Of a DNA stretch of 64,000 nt, positions 38,555 through 52,543 are shown one piece after another. The DNA is taken from NCBI GenBank assembly GCA_028534125.1, contig CM052817.1:21888001-21952000 (forward strand), in the 5' to 3' direction. The translations under genes and the position numbers were made by a program. The notes beneath the pieces were generated by a model. It was given only the letters and a program-made list of their open reading frames with translations, was not told the DNA's origin and made no database searches. How positions within the stretch are numbered: position 1 is the stretch's first letter; each line of letters opens with the position of its first letter. This stretch comes from Lama glama (Eukaryota).

Positions 38555-39000
38555 CAAATAATGATAAATATATGTGATCATGTTCTTTCTATGTGTTAGG
38601 TAGTACTTTAAGAGTTTTATATATTTTCTTAACATGCTACGAGATGGGTGCTCTTCTTTCTTAAGGACACCCAGCTACTAAGTATGGAGTTTGAATCTGC
38701 AGTGAGACAGTGAGTCTCTACAGTTGGAGGTCTTGATCATGGTGTTTTACTGACTCCTCTGCTGTAGTTAGCTGCATACTATGGACAAAGGCTCCTCTAG
38801 ACACTGTAGTAGATGCAAAGTGAGGAAGCTGTAGCCCCTCTCCTTAAGGTACTTGTAAGCACTTAATTATAATACCAGGCAAAAGGGCTGAGCACTAATC
38901 AAGGTTCAAAGTACTGTGGAGATGTCAAAGGAAATTTCTGACTAAAGGATAGGAAATATTTTCATGAAGAAATTAGTGTGTTAGCTAGCTAGGTCTTGAA
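38555..39000 (-). mobile_element. MIR and L2 fragments
   Basis: aaggacacccagctactaagtatggagtttgaatc; ctagacactgtagtagatgcaaagtgag...ggtcttgaa. Confidence 0.5.
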
Positions 39001-39014
39001 AATTGTATGGAATT

Positions 39015-39420
39015 TCTTGGTTGACTTCATTATTTCTTCTAATTTATCATTCTTTCTGTATAATAGAATTGTGTATCCACATCCTCCAATATATGACTTG
39101 GCAGTATTTCCCTCTAGAGTATATGGAGTATTGGAGTATATACCCCAGTGATACTGGGCTTGGTTATATGTTTTGCTTCGACAAGTGGAATGCTAGTGAA
39201 CAGTATATGGACTGGTGTGATTATGTTTGGCTTCTTGCACTTCTGCTATCACCATGAAAAAACATGCCCAGTTAGTCACTGGTCCCAAAATGAGAAAAGT
39301 AGAGCAGTTCTGAACCCAATCTGCAGCCTAGTAACAAATCCAGCTGAACCACATGTTTCTTGCAATAAGCTACTGAGATTTTGAAGTTGATGTTATGCAA
39401 CAGAACTTAAATGATATATA
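39015..39420 (+). mobile_element. MLT1H/I-like MaLR LTR
   Basis: gggcttggttatatgttttgcttcgacaagtggaatg...caccatgaaaaaacatgccc...taagctactgagattttgaagttgatgttatgcaaca. Confidence 0.7.
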
Positions 39421-40179
39421 TTTTAACAGATTAAATGATAAGAGAAACATAGAAACTCTGGTTGGAGAGGATAATGTAATTAGAGATACAGAGTCTCCCA
39501 AAAGATTGAGAAAATAACTATTAAATGTGATAGCAAAGGATTGAAATGAAATCTTCATGGAAACTATAAGGGTTGGTAAAGTTGTGTTATTCCATCAAGT
39601 GTGAGCTATGTCAGGGTAGCAGTTTTGTTTACTTTGTATCTCTAGTATCTAGAACAGTGCTTTTAACAAAATGAACATTTGAGAAATAGTTGGTGGAATA
39701 GATGACCTGAATGCAATTAAGGATTTTTCTTTTTCCTACTGAAATCCGGAGGTTCTCAATTTTTTTTTTAAAAAAGAGGAGTTTCATAAGCTACATTATG
39801 TTAGTGGGGTTATTTGAAGAGGGGGTAAGAAGGAATCATTTGGTTCCCTGTAGAACTTCTGTTTTTATGTGGAAAGAGTAACACTCCTGAACTCACTCAC
39901 TCCTCTGTAGGGAGGTTGGATTAGAGTGGCAAGAATTTGGAAGTAAATGAACTGATTACAGCCCTTCTTTGGCACGGTCCCTGTGATTCTGATGAAGCAG
40001 GCTTCCTTGCCACCACATATCTATCTCATTGACTAAACTAGAAGCAAATATGAGAAATAAGCAGGAAAATCAGAGTTCTTTTGGAGAATTTATTAAACCT
40101 ATTTTGATTGAGACTCTTACTCTTTGGGATTGATGTTATTCATTTGATATGTTTCTAGTGCTGCTATTAATATCTTTAC

Positions 40180-40420
40180 TATTAATACCTGGGGAAGTCT
40201 GCCTATGAATTAAGTCAATGAAGTGGAAAGCATCAGTGGGAAATGCAAAGAAAGAGTCTTGATAACAGCTTTGGGTGTCTGGATTCAGACTTGCCTGAAG
40301 CAAAATCCAGTGCTTGGAATTTTCTGTTACATTGATCTGTGCAATTAAAAATGGTATATTTTTTTCTTCTTGGAGATGGATTTTAACTGGTTTGCATTTC
40401 ATTCCTTATAACTTAAAGCT
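40180..40420 (+). mobile_element. MLT1J/K-like LTR fragment
   Basis: ctggattcagacttgcctgaagc...ttttctgttaca. Confidence 0.55.
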
Positions 40421-40424
40421 GGAA

Positions 40425-40950
40425 GAGTTGTGATTAATGTACAGCATGAGATGACTAGTGCAAATGAAAGGAAGGAGGACGAGAGAAATAGTGTGGAGCT
40501 AAAAGAGTCATGGTAATTTATTGGATATAGGGGGAAGGAAAACATGGAAGAATTAAAGATGATTCTGAAGTTTCAGTTGTGGGTGGAGGGGGATGGTGGC
40601 ACTATCAAACTAAAAGAAACAAAAGGATGGGAGTAGCTTTATGGGGTTTTCTGTTGTCTGTGGTGGATTTTGAGGAATTAGTTGCATAGTCACAACATGG
40701 TGACTAGAAGGAAATCCAAAGTTTGTGATTATAGTTCAAATGAGAGGTTTCCTGTGGCAATATTTATTTATGAGTAATCAGCAGAGTTTTAGAGGAAGTC
40801 ATGAAAGATGATCACTTAAAAATAGCTTATCTCAAGAGAAGGCTCTATGAATGAACTAGGGAAATAACCTGTACTTAGGAATGGGTAGAGAAAGAAAAAG
40901 CCCTGATGGAGACAGAGTGGGGGCTTAGGATAGATACAAAAAGAACCAGA
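40425..40950 (-). mobile_element. L2 fragment
   Basis: ttggatatagggggaagg...gaattaaagatgattctgaagtttcag...ggatggtggcactatc. Confidence 0.7.
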
Positions 40951-40959
40951 GGAAAGGAA

Positions 40960-41430
40960 CTTCGCATTTACTGGGAACTGAATATAGTGTTTTTTAAGCA
41001 TTTTCCATGTTATCTTATTTTATCCTCAAAACCCTCTGAGAAAGGCATTACTATCATCATTTTACTGTTGAGTGAACTAAAACTTGGCACGGATTAAGAA
41101 AATTAGCCAAGTTTCCAAAGCCAGGAAGGGCAAAATTCGGATTCAGACACAAGTCTATTTGATTCCAAAACTCATGCTCTTTTGCCACCTTTTGCTGTTC
41201 CCTCACCAAAGGAGTGTACTGTTATCAGAGCCAATGAAAAATAAACTGCCAGAAAGGATACAAGGCCAAATGCTGGGGAAAGCATTAATAGAATACAGCC
41301 TAATTTGAGATCAACTAGTCCTCCTCTTATTTTGCAGTTGGAGGAAGGGAAGTTAAATGATTTTCCCATAATCACACAGTTGGCTAGCATTAGAACCAGA
41401 CAGAGTACTCAGGTTTCCTTATATAGCTAC
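40960..41430 (-). mobile_element. Two MIR-family fragments
   Basis: tttatcctcaaaaccctctgag...cattttactgttgagtgaact; ttattttgcagttggaggaa...atcacacagttggctag. Confidence 0.65.
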
Positions 41431-42467
41431 TATGGTGCTACTGTCCAGCACTGCATTCTGCCCCTAACATACAATACACTGTGGATCACAATACATTCCA
41501 TAAGGACTACACCCTTAGTAGTGTGTCATAGACTATTGGGCATCTCTGCAGCATCGCCGCTCCTACTTTATCTTACCTTATATCTTAAAAAGTTTTTTCA
41601 TTAAATTAAGAATATTGCATACAATGGAGAGTTCAGAATAAGCAGAACAAGGAAAGCATGAATTTCACTGGTGAGTTCAGGCAAAATCTCACTGACCTTA
41701 ATACTCCAGTTTCTGTTCATCTGATCAATAGTATAACTTGTTAGCTAATAATAAATAAAATGGGTTTTTCTTCAGTGTTATGCCCTATTCATGCTCAGTT
41801 TGACCATAGATATACCACAAATGTAATCGCCTTTCAATGCTAATAGTTTTGAAGGAAAGATAAAGAAGTAATTGAAAAGAGAGAGATGCATAGTGATGGT
41901 GGAGAGAGATGGGCAGGAATTTCTTTATAAAGAGGTCACAGAGGCCTCTCTGAATTCTATATGATTAGAAGGAGCCAGCCATGAGAAGATTCCCAGACAA
42001 GTGGGACAGCAGGGGGGAAAAATTCCAAGATTAAATGCTATTATTTTTGAGGAATAGGACAATTGGCAACGAAGATGATACTTTTCTGGTTTCAGGAGAG
42101 GTTTCCTGGGCTTTGGTTCACTAGCTTCTTTCTTCTGAGAGGGAGCTTGTGTCAGTCCTACAGTCCAGATAAAATGCCTCAATATTCTTTTCTCACCTCT
42201 ATCAAGAAGATGGAAATGACTGCTCAGCTTGTTACCAGGTGGCATTTCTCCAAGAATAGGATTTTATATCCATCATTGCCTCTGACTTTTCAGTCCATGA
42301 CTCACATGACCAGTATCCACAGATTAGGAAAATAAATTATGGTTGTAAGGACATTTAAGTCATAACATAAAACTTAATTGGTATTCTTTATTGGCAGATT
42401 AGAGAGTGAAAAAATGTGCAACCATTCTAAAAGTATTCCCTTCCAATTGTCGAGACAATATGCCTAA

Positions 42468-42622
42468 ATCAGCGGGTTTCAAATTTATTGCAGGTTGCAC
42501 CCCTTACACAAAATGCCATGTCTCCAGAGCAAGAGGTTCTGTATGTTAGAGAGGGATCTGAGTCTATTTTTTCTAAAGTTTTTTAGGTGATCCTGATACT
42601 TATCAGTGATTGGTGATAGCTA
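42468..42622. mobile_element. MER5-like hAT-Charlie remnant
   Basis: cagcgggtttcaaattt...ttttaggtgatcctgatac. Confidence 0.45.
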
Positions 42623-42668
42623 GTTTATGGTACAAAATATATCATTGGTACCCTCCCTTAATGTCCAC

Positions 42669-43102
42669 TGTATCAGTAATCTCTTATATAGAATGTTGTA
42701 TAACAAACTGCCCCAAATCTGAGTTGCTTAAAGTAATAAGCCCTAATTTAGCTCATGAGTCCAAGGGTAGGTGATTTAGGATTTAAGCTGGGCTTTGAGG
42801 GGATTGTTCTTGTGATCGCATTTGGGCTCATTCACACATTTGGCAGTCAGCTGACTGTCTTCTGAGGCAATGGCAGTGACTGGGCCATGCTTCTCTCATT
42901 CTCCAGTAGGCTAGCCTGGGCAAGTCATGAAGGCAGAGAAGCGAGAGAATGAACAGAAACATGAAAGCATTTTTTCAAACTCCCATTTGCATTAAGTTTG
43001 TTAACATCTCAACGGCCAAAACAAGTCACATGGCCAGGCCAGAATCTGAAGCCACTATGAGATTACAAGACATTGAGGGGATGAAAAGAGGATTGGTACA
43101 CA
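42669..43102 (-). mobile_element. MLT1H-like MaLR solo LTR
   Basis: tgtatcagt...taacaaactgccccaaatct...ctccagtaggctagcctgggc...ggccaaaacaagtcacatggcca. Confidence 0.75.
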
Positions 43103-45516
43103 AATATGATTAATAAATCACATCCTTCATATCCACAGCTCTCCCAATGCCCAGAACATACTCATTTTTAGGCTTTCCCTGCTACCCCAGCTCCTACCCT
43201 GACTTTAACCCTATAGCTGGCCAGACACAGTGAGTTATGTTAGCTAGGCAGTTGACAAGATGTCATCTCCTTTCTCAGCAGAGCAGATGTAGTCTAGAAG
43301 ATTTGATCTTGTTGTTTAGAAAGATACTGGTAGTTAGATGTGAATAATGAAAAATATTCCTAAATAATATTTTCTCACTTCTTATTCTTCTGGGCTCTCA
43401 ATCTTGACTTTTCATCCCTTCCTTGATCCCCTCTATTATTTTGATATATAAATTTAAAGTCTCCTCCTCTGTTTATTCAGAAATAATCTGCTACTCTAGC
43501 CCTATGGATGTAATTCAGAATCCAGGTTCTAATCATAAAGAGTTGTTGCACTATTTTAATACTTAAAGTATACAGATGCACATTGATTTAGATATTGTCT
43601 GACTGCTGAGCACACAAATCTTCTTTCTATTTGGAGAGAGCCTCACATTGGATGAGTATTAGAGGATGAGCAAATATATTACCTCTACAAATACAGGGTG
43701 AGCAAATATGTTACCCCTGCTCAGACACTCATCATTGGAGAGAAGATTGCTGATACACAGGAAAAGTTTAGGTTTCATTTGGTGTGATGATGCCATTGAC
43801 TACAGGAATTTGTACCAGGGCTATTGGCTTTCCCTGCCATTGGTAAGAATACTGGGATCCAGCTTTTTTTTTTTTTTTAAAATACGTATTGTGTTGCTAC
43901 CTTTCTTGATTTTCATACCAAGTCTCTTGGGTTTTGGAAACTTTATGAGCTCAGTTCTGATCATTTCTTCTCAATTCTATGATCTGGTTGAAGCTAAGAA
44001 CATAGATTAAAACACTGATTGTTTCTTCTGGGAATTTAGGGAACCTCCAAAGCTTCAAAACCTTTGCTTCACAGGTTGATTTTTTTTTTCATTAAGCTCA
44101 TCACATCTCCCATAATTCCTCAAATAGAAATTCTAGAGCCTCAAGATAATCATGTCTACTGCAATCAGAATATCCTGGGTAAAAAAAGTGACAACCATAT
44201 AGATTTTTTTTTACAAGACAGTAACTTATATGTTAAAAGTTAAGAGGCTAATATACTGAGCATTACAGATTATTAGCTTCTGAGAAGGATAATCTAGTGT
44301 CTTTCTAAAATGACATGTTGATATATTTGGGAGAGGAAAGTGAGAGCAAGGTGATTGCACTGTTGAGTTTTTGTTTTCCAGACTTTCTCTGAGGAGCATA
44401 GTTGATACACAGAATTCACCTTAATGTTTTCATAGGAAACCTGTTTTCAGATTCTTAGAATGTTGTATAAGTCATTATCTCTAATGACTTAACCAGTTGC
44501 TGTGTTCAACTATATTTCTCTGTATGAAAATTTGATGATTAATGTGACTGATGGAATGGTACAAGTACCACTTACCTACTTCTACGTTAAGGAACTCAAG
44601 TCTCTATTCAAATGCATTGGGATTACAGAATTTCCATATGAGCTTGCACAGTTCAGTGTTTCTATCCAGAGGATTTCTTTAGAGATCTCTGATAACTGCA
44701 TTATCCTCACAAGGCTTAAGAAATTGTTTTATTAGCTGTTTTTTTTTAACAATACCCAGGAGTGTTGGAAATTATTTTTAAAGTTAAAAATGAGTGTGTT
44801 TACACACCTTTTCATTGGAGACCTCATTAGCTAGGTAATTTAAATACCAGAAGTTGAGAGTTTTATAAAATACAAGAAGATTGGCTACTTTATAATCATC
44901 TCCACAACAGAAACTCTTGGAATAGTATTTGATTTTATGAATAAGCCATTTCAAGATATGAAGAGTTTAAAAGGAATTTTGATACATTTTCTCTAGGATT
45001 AGGTAAAACCAACTTTAGAAGGGGGTAAAAAAATAACAGCCTATGACATTTTAGGACATTATTTATTCTGTATTTCAAACAGTTTGATTTTTTTTCACTT
45101 GTTTCTTATGAAAAGATTTCTTTAACCCTATTCAACTTATTCATAATATGTCTGAACTTACTCAAGCTAATCTCTCTTTGAAGGTACAAGGGAAGACAGC
45201 AGGTAAGCTTTCAGTGTCATAAAGACTCAGCATCTGGTCCAAGTCATGCTCTACTCAATGTCCTTATCATCACCATCAGAGAAACAGTGGCTGATAACTA
45301 TGGCTGTTCATATCTTAAAGATACAGTAACTGTCCTGAATTGGACAATTTTCAGGTGGTCTTTCATGTTTCATGTTTCAGTGAGAAATTTCAAGTAGATA
45401 ATTCATACTCACATTTGGGGCCCTTAAAGCCATTCCTTCATACATACAGTCAGGTTGAGGTTGAATCTTCTAATACATTGGGAACTAGGACTTTCCCATG
45501 TAAAGATAATACTTTA

Positions 45517-46349
45517 GTTTTATATGTATACACACACACACATACATACACACACACATACATATACATACCACATCTTTATCCATTCATCAGTGGACAC
45601 TCTGGTTGTTCACATATCCTGGCTAATGTAAATAATGATGCAATGAACATAGGGGTATATATATATTTTTTCAGATTACAGTTTTTCTTTTCTGAAATTG
45701 CTGGGTCATATGATAGTTCTATTTTTAATTTTATGAGGAACTTCTGTTCTATTTTCTATAGTGGCTGCTTCATTATACATTCTCACCAACAGTGCATGGG
45801 GGTTCCCTTTTCTGCACATCCTCACCAATACTTATTTGTTGTCTTTTTTATTGTAGCCATTCTGATAGGTATCACTCAGCGATTAAAAAAAAAAAGAAAA
45901 AAGAAATCTTGCTGTTTGTGACAACATGGATGGACCTAGAGGGTATTAAGCTAAGTGAAATAAGCCAGAAAGCCAGACAAAGAAAGACAGATACCATACA
46001 ATCTCACTTATATGTGGACTCTAAAAAACAAAACAGGTGAACAAACAGAGTGAAGCAGAATGAACTCATAGATACTGAGAACAAACAGGTTGTTGCCAGA
46101 GCAGATGGAGGTGAAGGAGGTGAGTGAAATAGTTGAGGGAGATTCAGAGGTACAGATTTCCAATTACAAAATAAGTATGTCATGGCACAAAATGTACAGA
46201 ATATATAGTCAATTATATTGTAGTATCTTTGTATGGTGACAGATCATAACTAACCTTATAGTGATCATTTTGTAGTATATAGAAATACTGAATCACTCTC
46301 TTGTGCACTTGAAACTAACATTGTGTTTTGAGTCAATTATACTTTAGCT
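45517..46349 (+). mobile_element. L1MA9-like LINE-1 3' end with inverted 5' segment
   Basis: 45517-45870 is antisense ORF2 3' sequence; 45871-46349 is sense sequence (caacatggatggacctagagggtattaagctaagtgaaataagccaga...gtcaattatacttt). Confidence 0.88.
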
Positions 46350-46364
46350 AAAATAATATTTAAA

Positions 46365-46515
46365 CACTGGGAGGAAATATAAAAATGCTAATGGTGGTCA
46401 TGTCTGGGGTGTGGGGATTATCAATGTTTGATTTTTTTACTTTATGTTTTTATGTATTTCTAGTTGTCTGTAATGAATGTATACTACTTGTAAAATTAGA
46501 AAACAAATTTAAATA
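46365..46515 (+). mobile_element. Old L1M (ME/MC-type) 3' end
   Basis: atgctaatggtggtcatgtctggggtgtgggatta...aatgaatgtatactacttgtaaaattagaaaa. Confidence 0.55.
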
Positions 46516-47789
46516 TCATAAAAAAGATTCTCGAATCAGAATATTCCATGATATTTTGCATTTTGAGGCTCCAAAAGAACACTTAACTCCCAAAATAGAA
46601 ACATTTGGCAATTACATACAGTAGTAAGGCAGATGGGATCAAAATATCTCCTCCAATCTTGATAAAGCTATGTGGACATTATGACCTGGGTTAGCCAAAC
46701 GGGCTTATTTATTTGCCTCTAATTGAACTTTTCTCCCAAACCTTCCCCACAAAGGCAGAGCCTGTCATTCCAAACTTACCAATTTGGAGAGATAGGACCA
46801 AATTGTATCTTCTCTGCTGGCTGCTAGGTCATAAAGTGTGGCCACAGAAGTTGCTGGGCCACAACCACCAATTCCTCCCCTCCTTGGGGAGGAATGCCAT
46901 GGTGATAAAGGCCTGGATTGTTACTCTAATGGAAGTTTTTCCACACGGAGACATAAACAGGAGGGATAACAGTACCATGATAAATGCTGAGGATTTGGTA
47001 TACAATGGCATATGGAATCTTTTTTTTTTTAAGCCTTTCAATGTTTTATATTAATAAAATGAGCCTGAGAGAAAGAAAAGATTACTTTTGCTTGAAATAA
47101 AAATGGTAGGATAGATATAAGGTAAACAGTTATTTAAACTGTCATTGGGTTTCTAGCACCATACTGCTGCATTATTTTATACAGTAGATATAGATGGGCC
47201 AAATTTAAGGACAAGGGAGTTCAGTTACCTCAATGCCCTTTTCATCTTTGGCCTCTTGAGAAGAGAGGCTGGAAAGTTATTCTTGTAATTTAAATTACAG
47301 ACATGACTTTTTATAGTGTCAGCTGAGGCCATCATCTCATTTTACATAAAACACCAAACAGCCATTGGAAGTTAATGAACTTTCTTTATTGGTGTATCAG
47401 GAACATTTAAACCAGTGATCTAGAGAAAAAGAGCTCTTCATATCTGATCATAAATTTTGGAGCTCCCCATCACCTTGATTAATATTGTCTTCAAGTTTTG
47501 GAAGACTGATATTCAAATGTATGTGTATATTAGTGGGGTTTTGTGTGTGTGGCATGTATCATTATTATTTTTGGAAGGAAGCCATATAATATTCATTCTT
47601 ATAAACATAAGCTCCTTTTGGTTCCATATACTACACAATGATTTAAGAAATTATGTTGTTCCACATACTACACATTATTTAAAATATAAATGTGATGGGA
47701 TAAGTATAACTATATATTTTAAATTATAGAAAGTATTTTTATAAATATATAAACTAAAATGTTCCTATTTTAAGGAAGAATATTTTAAA

Positions 47790-49630
47790 AGTAAGCATAT
47801 AATTTTAATTACCCCTCAGATCAAGATATAATGTATTATTAACATCCAGAAATCTCTTGAGCTCCATTCCAATCATGAAGCCCAAGAATAAACATTATTT
47901 TGATTTCTATCTCCATAAGTTAACTTTGCATTTTTTGAATGTTATTAAAATAGAACCAGAGAGTATATAATTTTTATGTCTGCTTTCTTTTGCTCAGCAA
48001 TTTATCTATAAAATGTATCATGCTATTTTGTATACCAGTAGTTTTTTTTTTCTTTCTGATATTATTCCATTGTGTTACTATTCCACATACAATACATTTA
48101 TTTCTTCTATTTTTTATGGGCATACACTTGAGTTGTTTCCAATTTGTTACTATTGTTATGTGATTTCTATCAGCTTCTTGTCTATGTGGTGAATATATAT
48201 ACCAATTTTCACTGCACAGGCACCTAAGGGTCTTTTGGTGAACATATGTGTACGTTTCTGGGGTTATAGCTTTAGGAGTCATAGGTTTCTTAGGTTTAAC
48301 TTCAGTAAATTATGTCAAGAGGACACCAAAGTGATCTTTTCCCACATGCAGTGTATGAGAGTTCTAGCCACTAGACCCTCTTGCCTGTGATTGTCAGTCT
48401 TTTTCATTTTTGTCATCAGGTGAGTTCACTGAATCATCTTGGAACTCCCTGATGTTTTAGTTTTCTTTTCCCCTGGTGATGAAAGAAGTAAATGTCCTCT
48501 TTAACTTATTGCTTATTCAATTCATTGGTCAAATTTCATGTATTGCCTTTTAAAATTATGTGTGTGTGAATCATTTATTGGCTATATGTATTGAAACTAT
48601 CAATAGCTTACTTTTTAATCTCTTAATGGTGCCTTTTTTATTCTCTTAATAAAGTACAAGGTAGCAGGTCTTTTTTTTGTAACTAGTTGTTTGTCTAGCA
48701 AGTTTAATTACTTTTTGTCTAGCCAATATCATGAAGATATTCTCCTGTGTTATCCTCTGGAAGTTTTATTGTTATGATACATTTGAAATATAATTTTGTG
48801 TATATATTGTATGAATTAGACTCAAGGCTTATTTAAATAAAAATATATATAAATATATAAATTTAAAACTAATCATTAGAATACAATTTATATCAACATT
48901 TCATTGATTCTTTTTTATAATTCAAGTGACCCTCATATATGTGTGAGTTTTCTTAATACATACATATTTTTTTTTATTGAAGTATAGTCAGTTTACAATG
49001 TTGTGTCAATTTCTGGTGTACAGCACAATGCTTCAGTCATAAAGGAACGTAATATATTCATTTTCATATTCTCTTTCACTGTAAGTTACTGCAAGATATT
49101 GAATGTAGTTCCCTGTGCTATACAGTATAAACTTGTTATTTGCCTATGTTTATATATTGGATAGTATCTTCAAATCTTGAACTCCCAACTTATTCCTTCC
49201 CACTCCTTCCCCTCTGGTAACCATAGGTTTGTTTTCTGTGTGAGTCTGTTTCTGTTTTGTAAATTAGTTCATTTGTCTATTTTTTTTTTCTAGATTCCAC
49301 ATATAAGTGATATCATATAGTATTTTTCTTTCTCTTTCTGGCTTTTCTAAGTGAGTTTTCTTGAATATCTAATCTCTTTTATTCATATATGTCTAACTGT
49401 ATCAGTTCCATTCTCATTTAATAATTAAAGCTTTATAATAATTTTTGAAGTGTGGTCATGTAAGCTCTCCAACTCTGTTTTTCTTATTTAAAATTATCTT
49501 TGTGGTTATTGATATTTTAAAATCAGCTTGTAAATTATACATGCACACACACTGTTGGCTTTGATCAAATTTATGCTGAACCTACAAATACACTAGTTGA
49601 TAGAAGATGCTATCTTTACAATATTGAATA
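47790..49630 (-). mobile_element. Old L1ME-like element (3' UTR/ORF2), interrupted by a younger L1
   Basis: cacttgagttgtttccaatttgttactatt, cagtgtatgagagttc, catgaagatattctcctgtgttatcctctggaagttttattgtt. Confidence 0.75.
48955..49350 (-). mobile_element. LINE-1 3' UTR fragment (subfamily 2) with perfect TSD
   Basis: Matches the reverse complement of about 16600-16970; TSD gtgagttttctt at 48943-48954 and 49351-49362. Confidence 0.93.
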
Positions 49631-50469
49631 GAGTTTAACCATTTTCTTATATTCCTTTATGTTTTAGTAATATTTATTATATTAAAGATTTTCTTATTTT
49701 ATATTAGTATAGCTACACCAACTCTTTTCTGTTAATGTTCACATGCTTCATTTTTTTCTTTATTTCAATCTTTTTGAGTCCTTGTATCATATGTCTTTAT
49801 TATTCTCAAGCATGATTTTTTTTTAAATTCGGCTTGACAAATTTGTAGAATGATAAATGTTAAAAAGCAGTGTTGCAGAGATTTTTCACTTCTAGCTACA
49901 AAGAACTAGTTATTATGAGACTAATATATTTGACAAAAATGTTTAAAAATTTAAAAACATAAACATAGAATTGTAGGGAGGCACTGGAAAACAGTGAGTG
50001 CATCTGTGAGCTTTTTCAGGACATGAGGCACCAGTGTCAATTTTTGCCCGTATGTATTAAATGAAGAAACTGATCACAACATGATTCAAGTTATTTATCC
50101 TAGGTTCTCTAAATTTTCACTTTTGATTATCTGTCTTTACTCTTTTCTACTCCTTTTTGTCTCTGATTTTCTTTAAATATCTTAATCTAATATTAGCTCT
50201 TTTAAAAATACATTCTATTTTATTTAGAAGCACTTCATTAATAATTTCAGACAGCTTGAAATAATATGGCGTCAGTCTCTTCCACAAATCTCTCATGCAA
50301 CAGATCAGTAAGTACTGCAGTTTTAACACTTGAATCATATTTTTATTAAAATTGTATCATTTTTATATCCTTAAAACCACTTATACTAAGAAGGATCTAA
50401 TCTCTCCCTGAAGACTTTCAATACGCTGATACCTGCTTATTTCTATGGTCCTTTGCAAATATGTCTTAA

Positions 50470-51365
50470 ATTTCTGCTTGTGGAGGAATAAGTATCAAAT
50501 ATACCTGTATGATAAACAACTGAAAAACTGGACAAAAGGTACAGAATATCTGTTTTCAGCCATTGGACAATAGAAATTTTAAAATGTTTCTTTTTAATGA
50601 TCCTTATAGAAAGACAAACAGAAGATGAGCCCCATATTCACTTAGTAAATTCTCCAAATCAGGACCCTGATTTGGAGAAGGGCAAACCAAACACAGAACA
50701 CCCCACTTTCTAGGCAGAGGAGCCTGAGATTGGAAACCTGGAATGATTGGGCAGCTAGAATTTGTGAGGAAAATATTAAATAGAAGGAATGACACACAAA
50801 AGCATATCCAGAAGTCAGCATAGAGTCTTTGGGCAAATACTATTCTGTGCATGCACAGGATGAGATTTTGCAAGGCCTACCAGAGAGCAGCTGTTGGTGG
50901 GCTATGAGCTGCTATGATGATTTTGCATAATTCTGAGAAATGTTGGAGATCCAACTAGCCAGAGTGGAGACACCTTACTGAACTCATCAGAAAATCAGCC
51001 AGGACCCCAGGGACATCATTATCTCTAAGTAACACTACTCTAACCTTAGATTAAGGGTAACTCTAAACTCACCATAAAAAAAGCCTAAGAACAAAACTAG
51101 ACAATATCAAGCTGATTAACCAGCTAATTAACTTATTGCCAGAACCAAATTAACAGTCTTTCAAGGAAAACACACACACACACACAAACTCAATTATGTA
51201 GCATAACTGTCAGTACACAGTACAGAATTAATAGATATGTAAAGGAGGAAAACATGACATTTAATAATTAAAAGTATGAAGTTAATAGAAATGTACCCAA
51301 TATTGACACAAATGATTGAAATGTCAGACCAGAACTTTCACAAGGCTATTCTAAATGTTGTCAAA
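50470..51365 (+). mobile_element. Old L1M 5' region
   Basis: aaacaactgaaaaactggacaaaa...tgttttcagccattggacaatag; gacacaaatgattgaaatgtcagaccagaactt. Confidence 0.65.
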
Positions 51366-51369
51366 AATT

Positions 51370-52000
51370 TATGGTAGGTACAGATAGCCTCCAGATAGCC
51401 TCCAGCCTTCCAGATAGCCACCAAGATTTCTAACCACTTGTGTATTATCCTGTATAATCCTATCCCCTTGAGTTGGTGAGGTCTGTGAATATAATGAATA
51501 TTAACTCCCATGTCTAGGTTATGCTGTATGGCAGAGTGAAGGAATTCTGCAGATAAAATTAGGGTCCTTAAACAGTTTGACTTTGAATTAATCACAAGGA
51601 AGTTTATGCTGTGTGGGACTAATATAATCAAGTGAACCTTTTAAAAGATGTCCAAAGTCTTCCATAAGATCAGAGAGTGAACGTTCGTTTGAGCTTGAGG
51701 AAGAAAACATCTATGCTGCAAACTGCCTGTAGAAACAATACGTGTTATGAAACTCAAGTAGTGATTGTGGCTTCCAGTTGAAATCCAGTATGAATGAGTC
51801 CAGGGCATCTCAGTAATAAATATCAAGGAAATGAATTTTGCCAACAACCTGAATGAGCTTGAAAGAAAATGCTTACCCTAGTCAAGCCTTTGGATAATAA
51901 TACAGTCTGGCTAACTCCTTGATTATAGCCTTGTGAAACCCTGAGCAGAGCGAATCTAGCTAGCAGTGCTTAAACTCCTGATCCATGGGAACTCTGTGTT
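51370..52000 (+). mobile_element. MLT1E-like MaLR LTR
   Basis: gtataatcctatccccttgagt...gaaggaattctgcagata...aaggaaatgaattttgccaacaacctgaatgagcttg...ccttgtgaaaccctgagcagag. Confidence 0.85.
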
Positions 52001-52024
52001 TTGTGTGTATTGCTTTGTTGTTGC

Positions 52025-52390
52025 TTTTAATAGACTTTTGGTATTTTAGAGCAGTTTTAAATTCACAGCAAAATTGGAAGGAAGGTACAGAGATTTCCCA
52101 TATACTCTCTGCCCTACACACGCATAACCTCTCTCATGACCATTATCCCCTACCAAAGTGTCTTTCTATAATTGTTACAGTTGATGAATATTGTACACAT
52201 ACACTGACACACCATTATCACCCCAAATCCATAGTTTACATTACAGTTCATTTTTGGTGAACTCATTCTATGAGTTTGGGCAAATATATGATGACATGTA
52301 TCTACTATTATAGTGTCATACAGAGTATTTTCTTTAAATATCCTCTATGCTTCCCCTATTCATCCCTTCCTCTCCCCTACCCCCTCACCT
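52025..52390 (-). mobile_element. L1MC1/2-like 3' end
   Basis: ttttagagcagttttaaattcacagcaaaattg...tacagagatttcccatatac...tccatagtttacatta. Confidence 0.85.
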
Positions 52391-52483
52391 TTGTAATGGC
52401 TGGTTTCCCACATTAGTTTTTATTAATTAGTTTGTATTTAGTTAGTTTTCAACAATGCAACTTAGATACGCAGAACTATGATT

Positions 52484-52512
52484 TGTGTGTGTGTGTGTGT
52501 GGGGGTGGGTGG

Positions 52513-52540
<28 letters not shown>
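52484..52540 (+). repeat. Interrupted (TG)n microsatellite
   Basis: Direct reading. Confidence 0.95.

Positions 52541-52543
<3 letters not shown>

Noticed and set aside
43690..43850. Possible exon ending at a GTAAG donor
   Set aside because: No good acceptor and no recognisable product.
45340..45921. 193-aa ORF
   Set aside because: Antisense L1 plus microsatellite, TTG start; no sign of a real protein.
46713..47054. 113-aa ORF in apparently unique sequence
   Set aside because: TTG start, no recognisable domain, no convincing splice sites, no retrocopy poly(A) or TSD.
51381..51420. Short direct repeats (cagatagcctc) as an array
   Set aside because: Local slippage at the start of an MLT1E LTR; no spacer structure.
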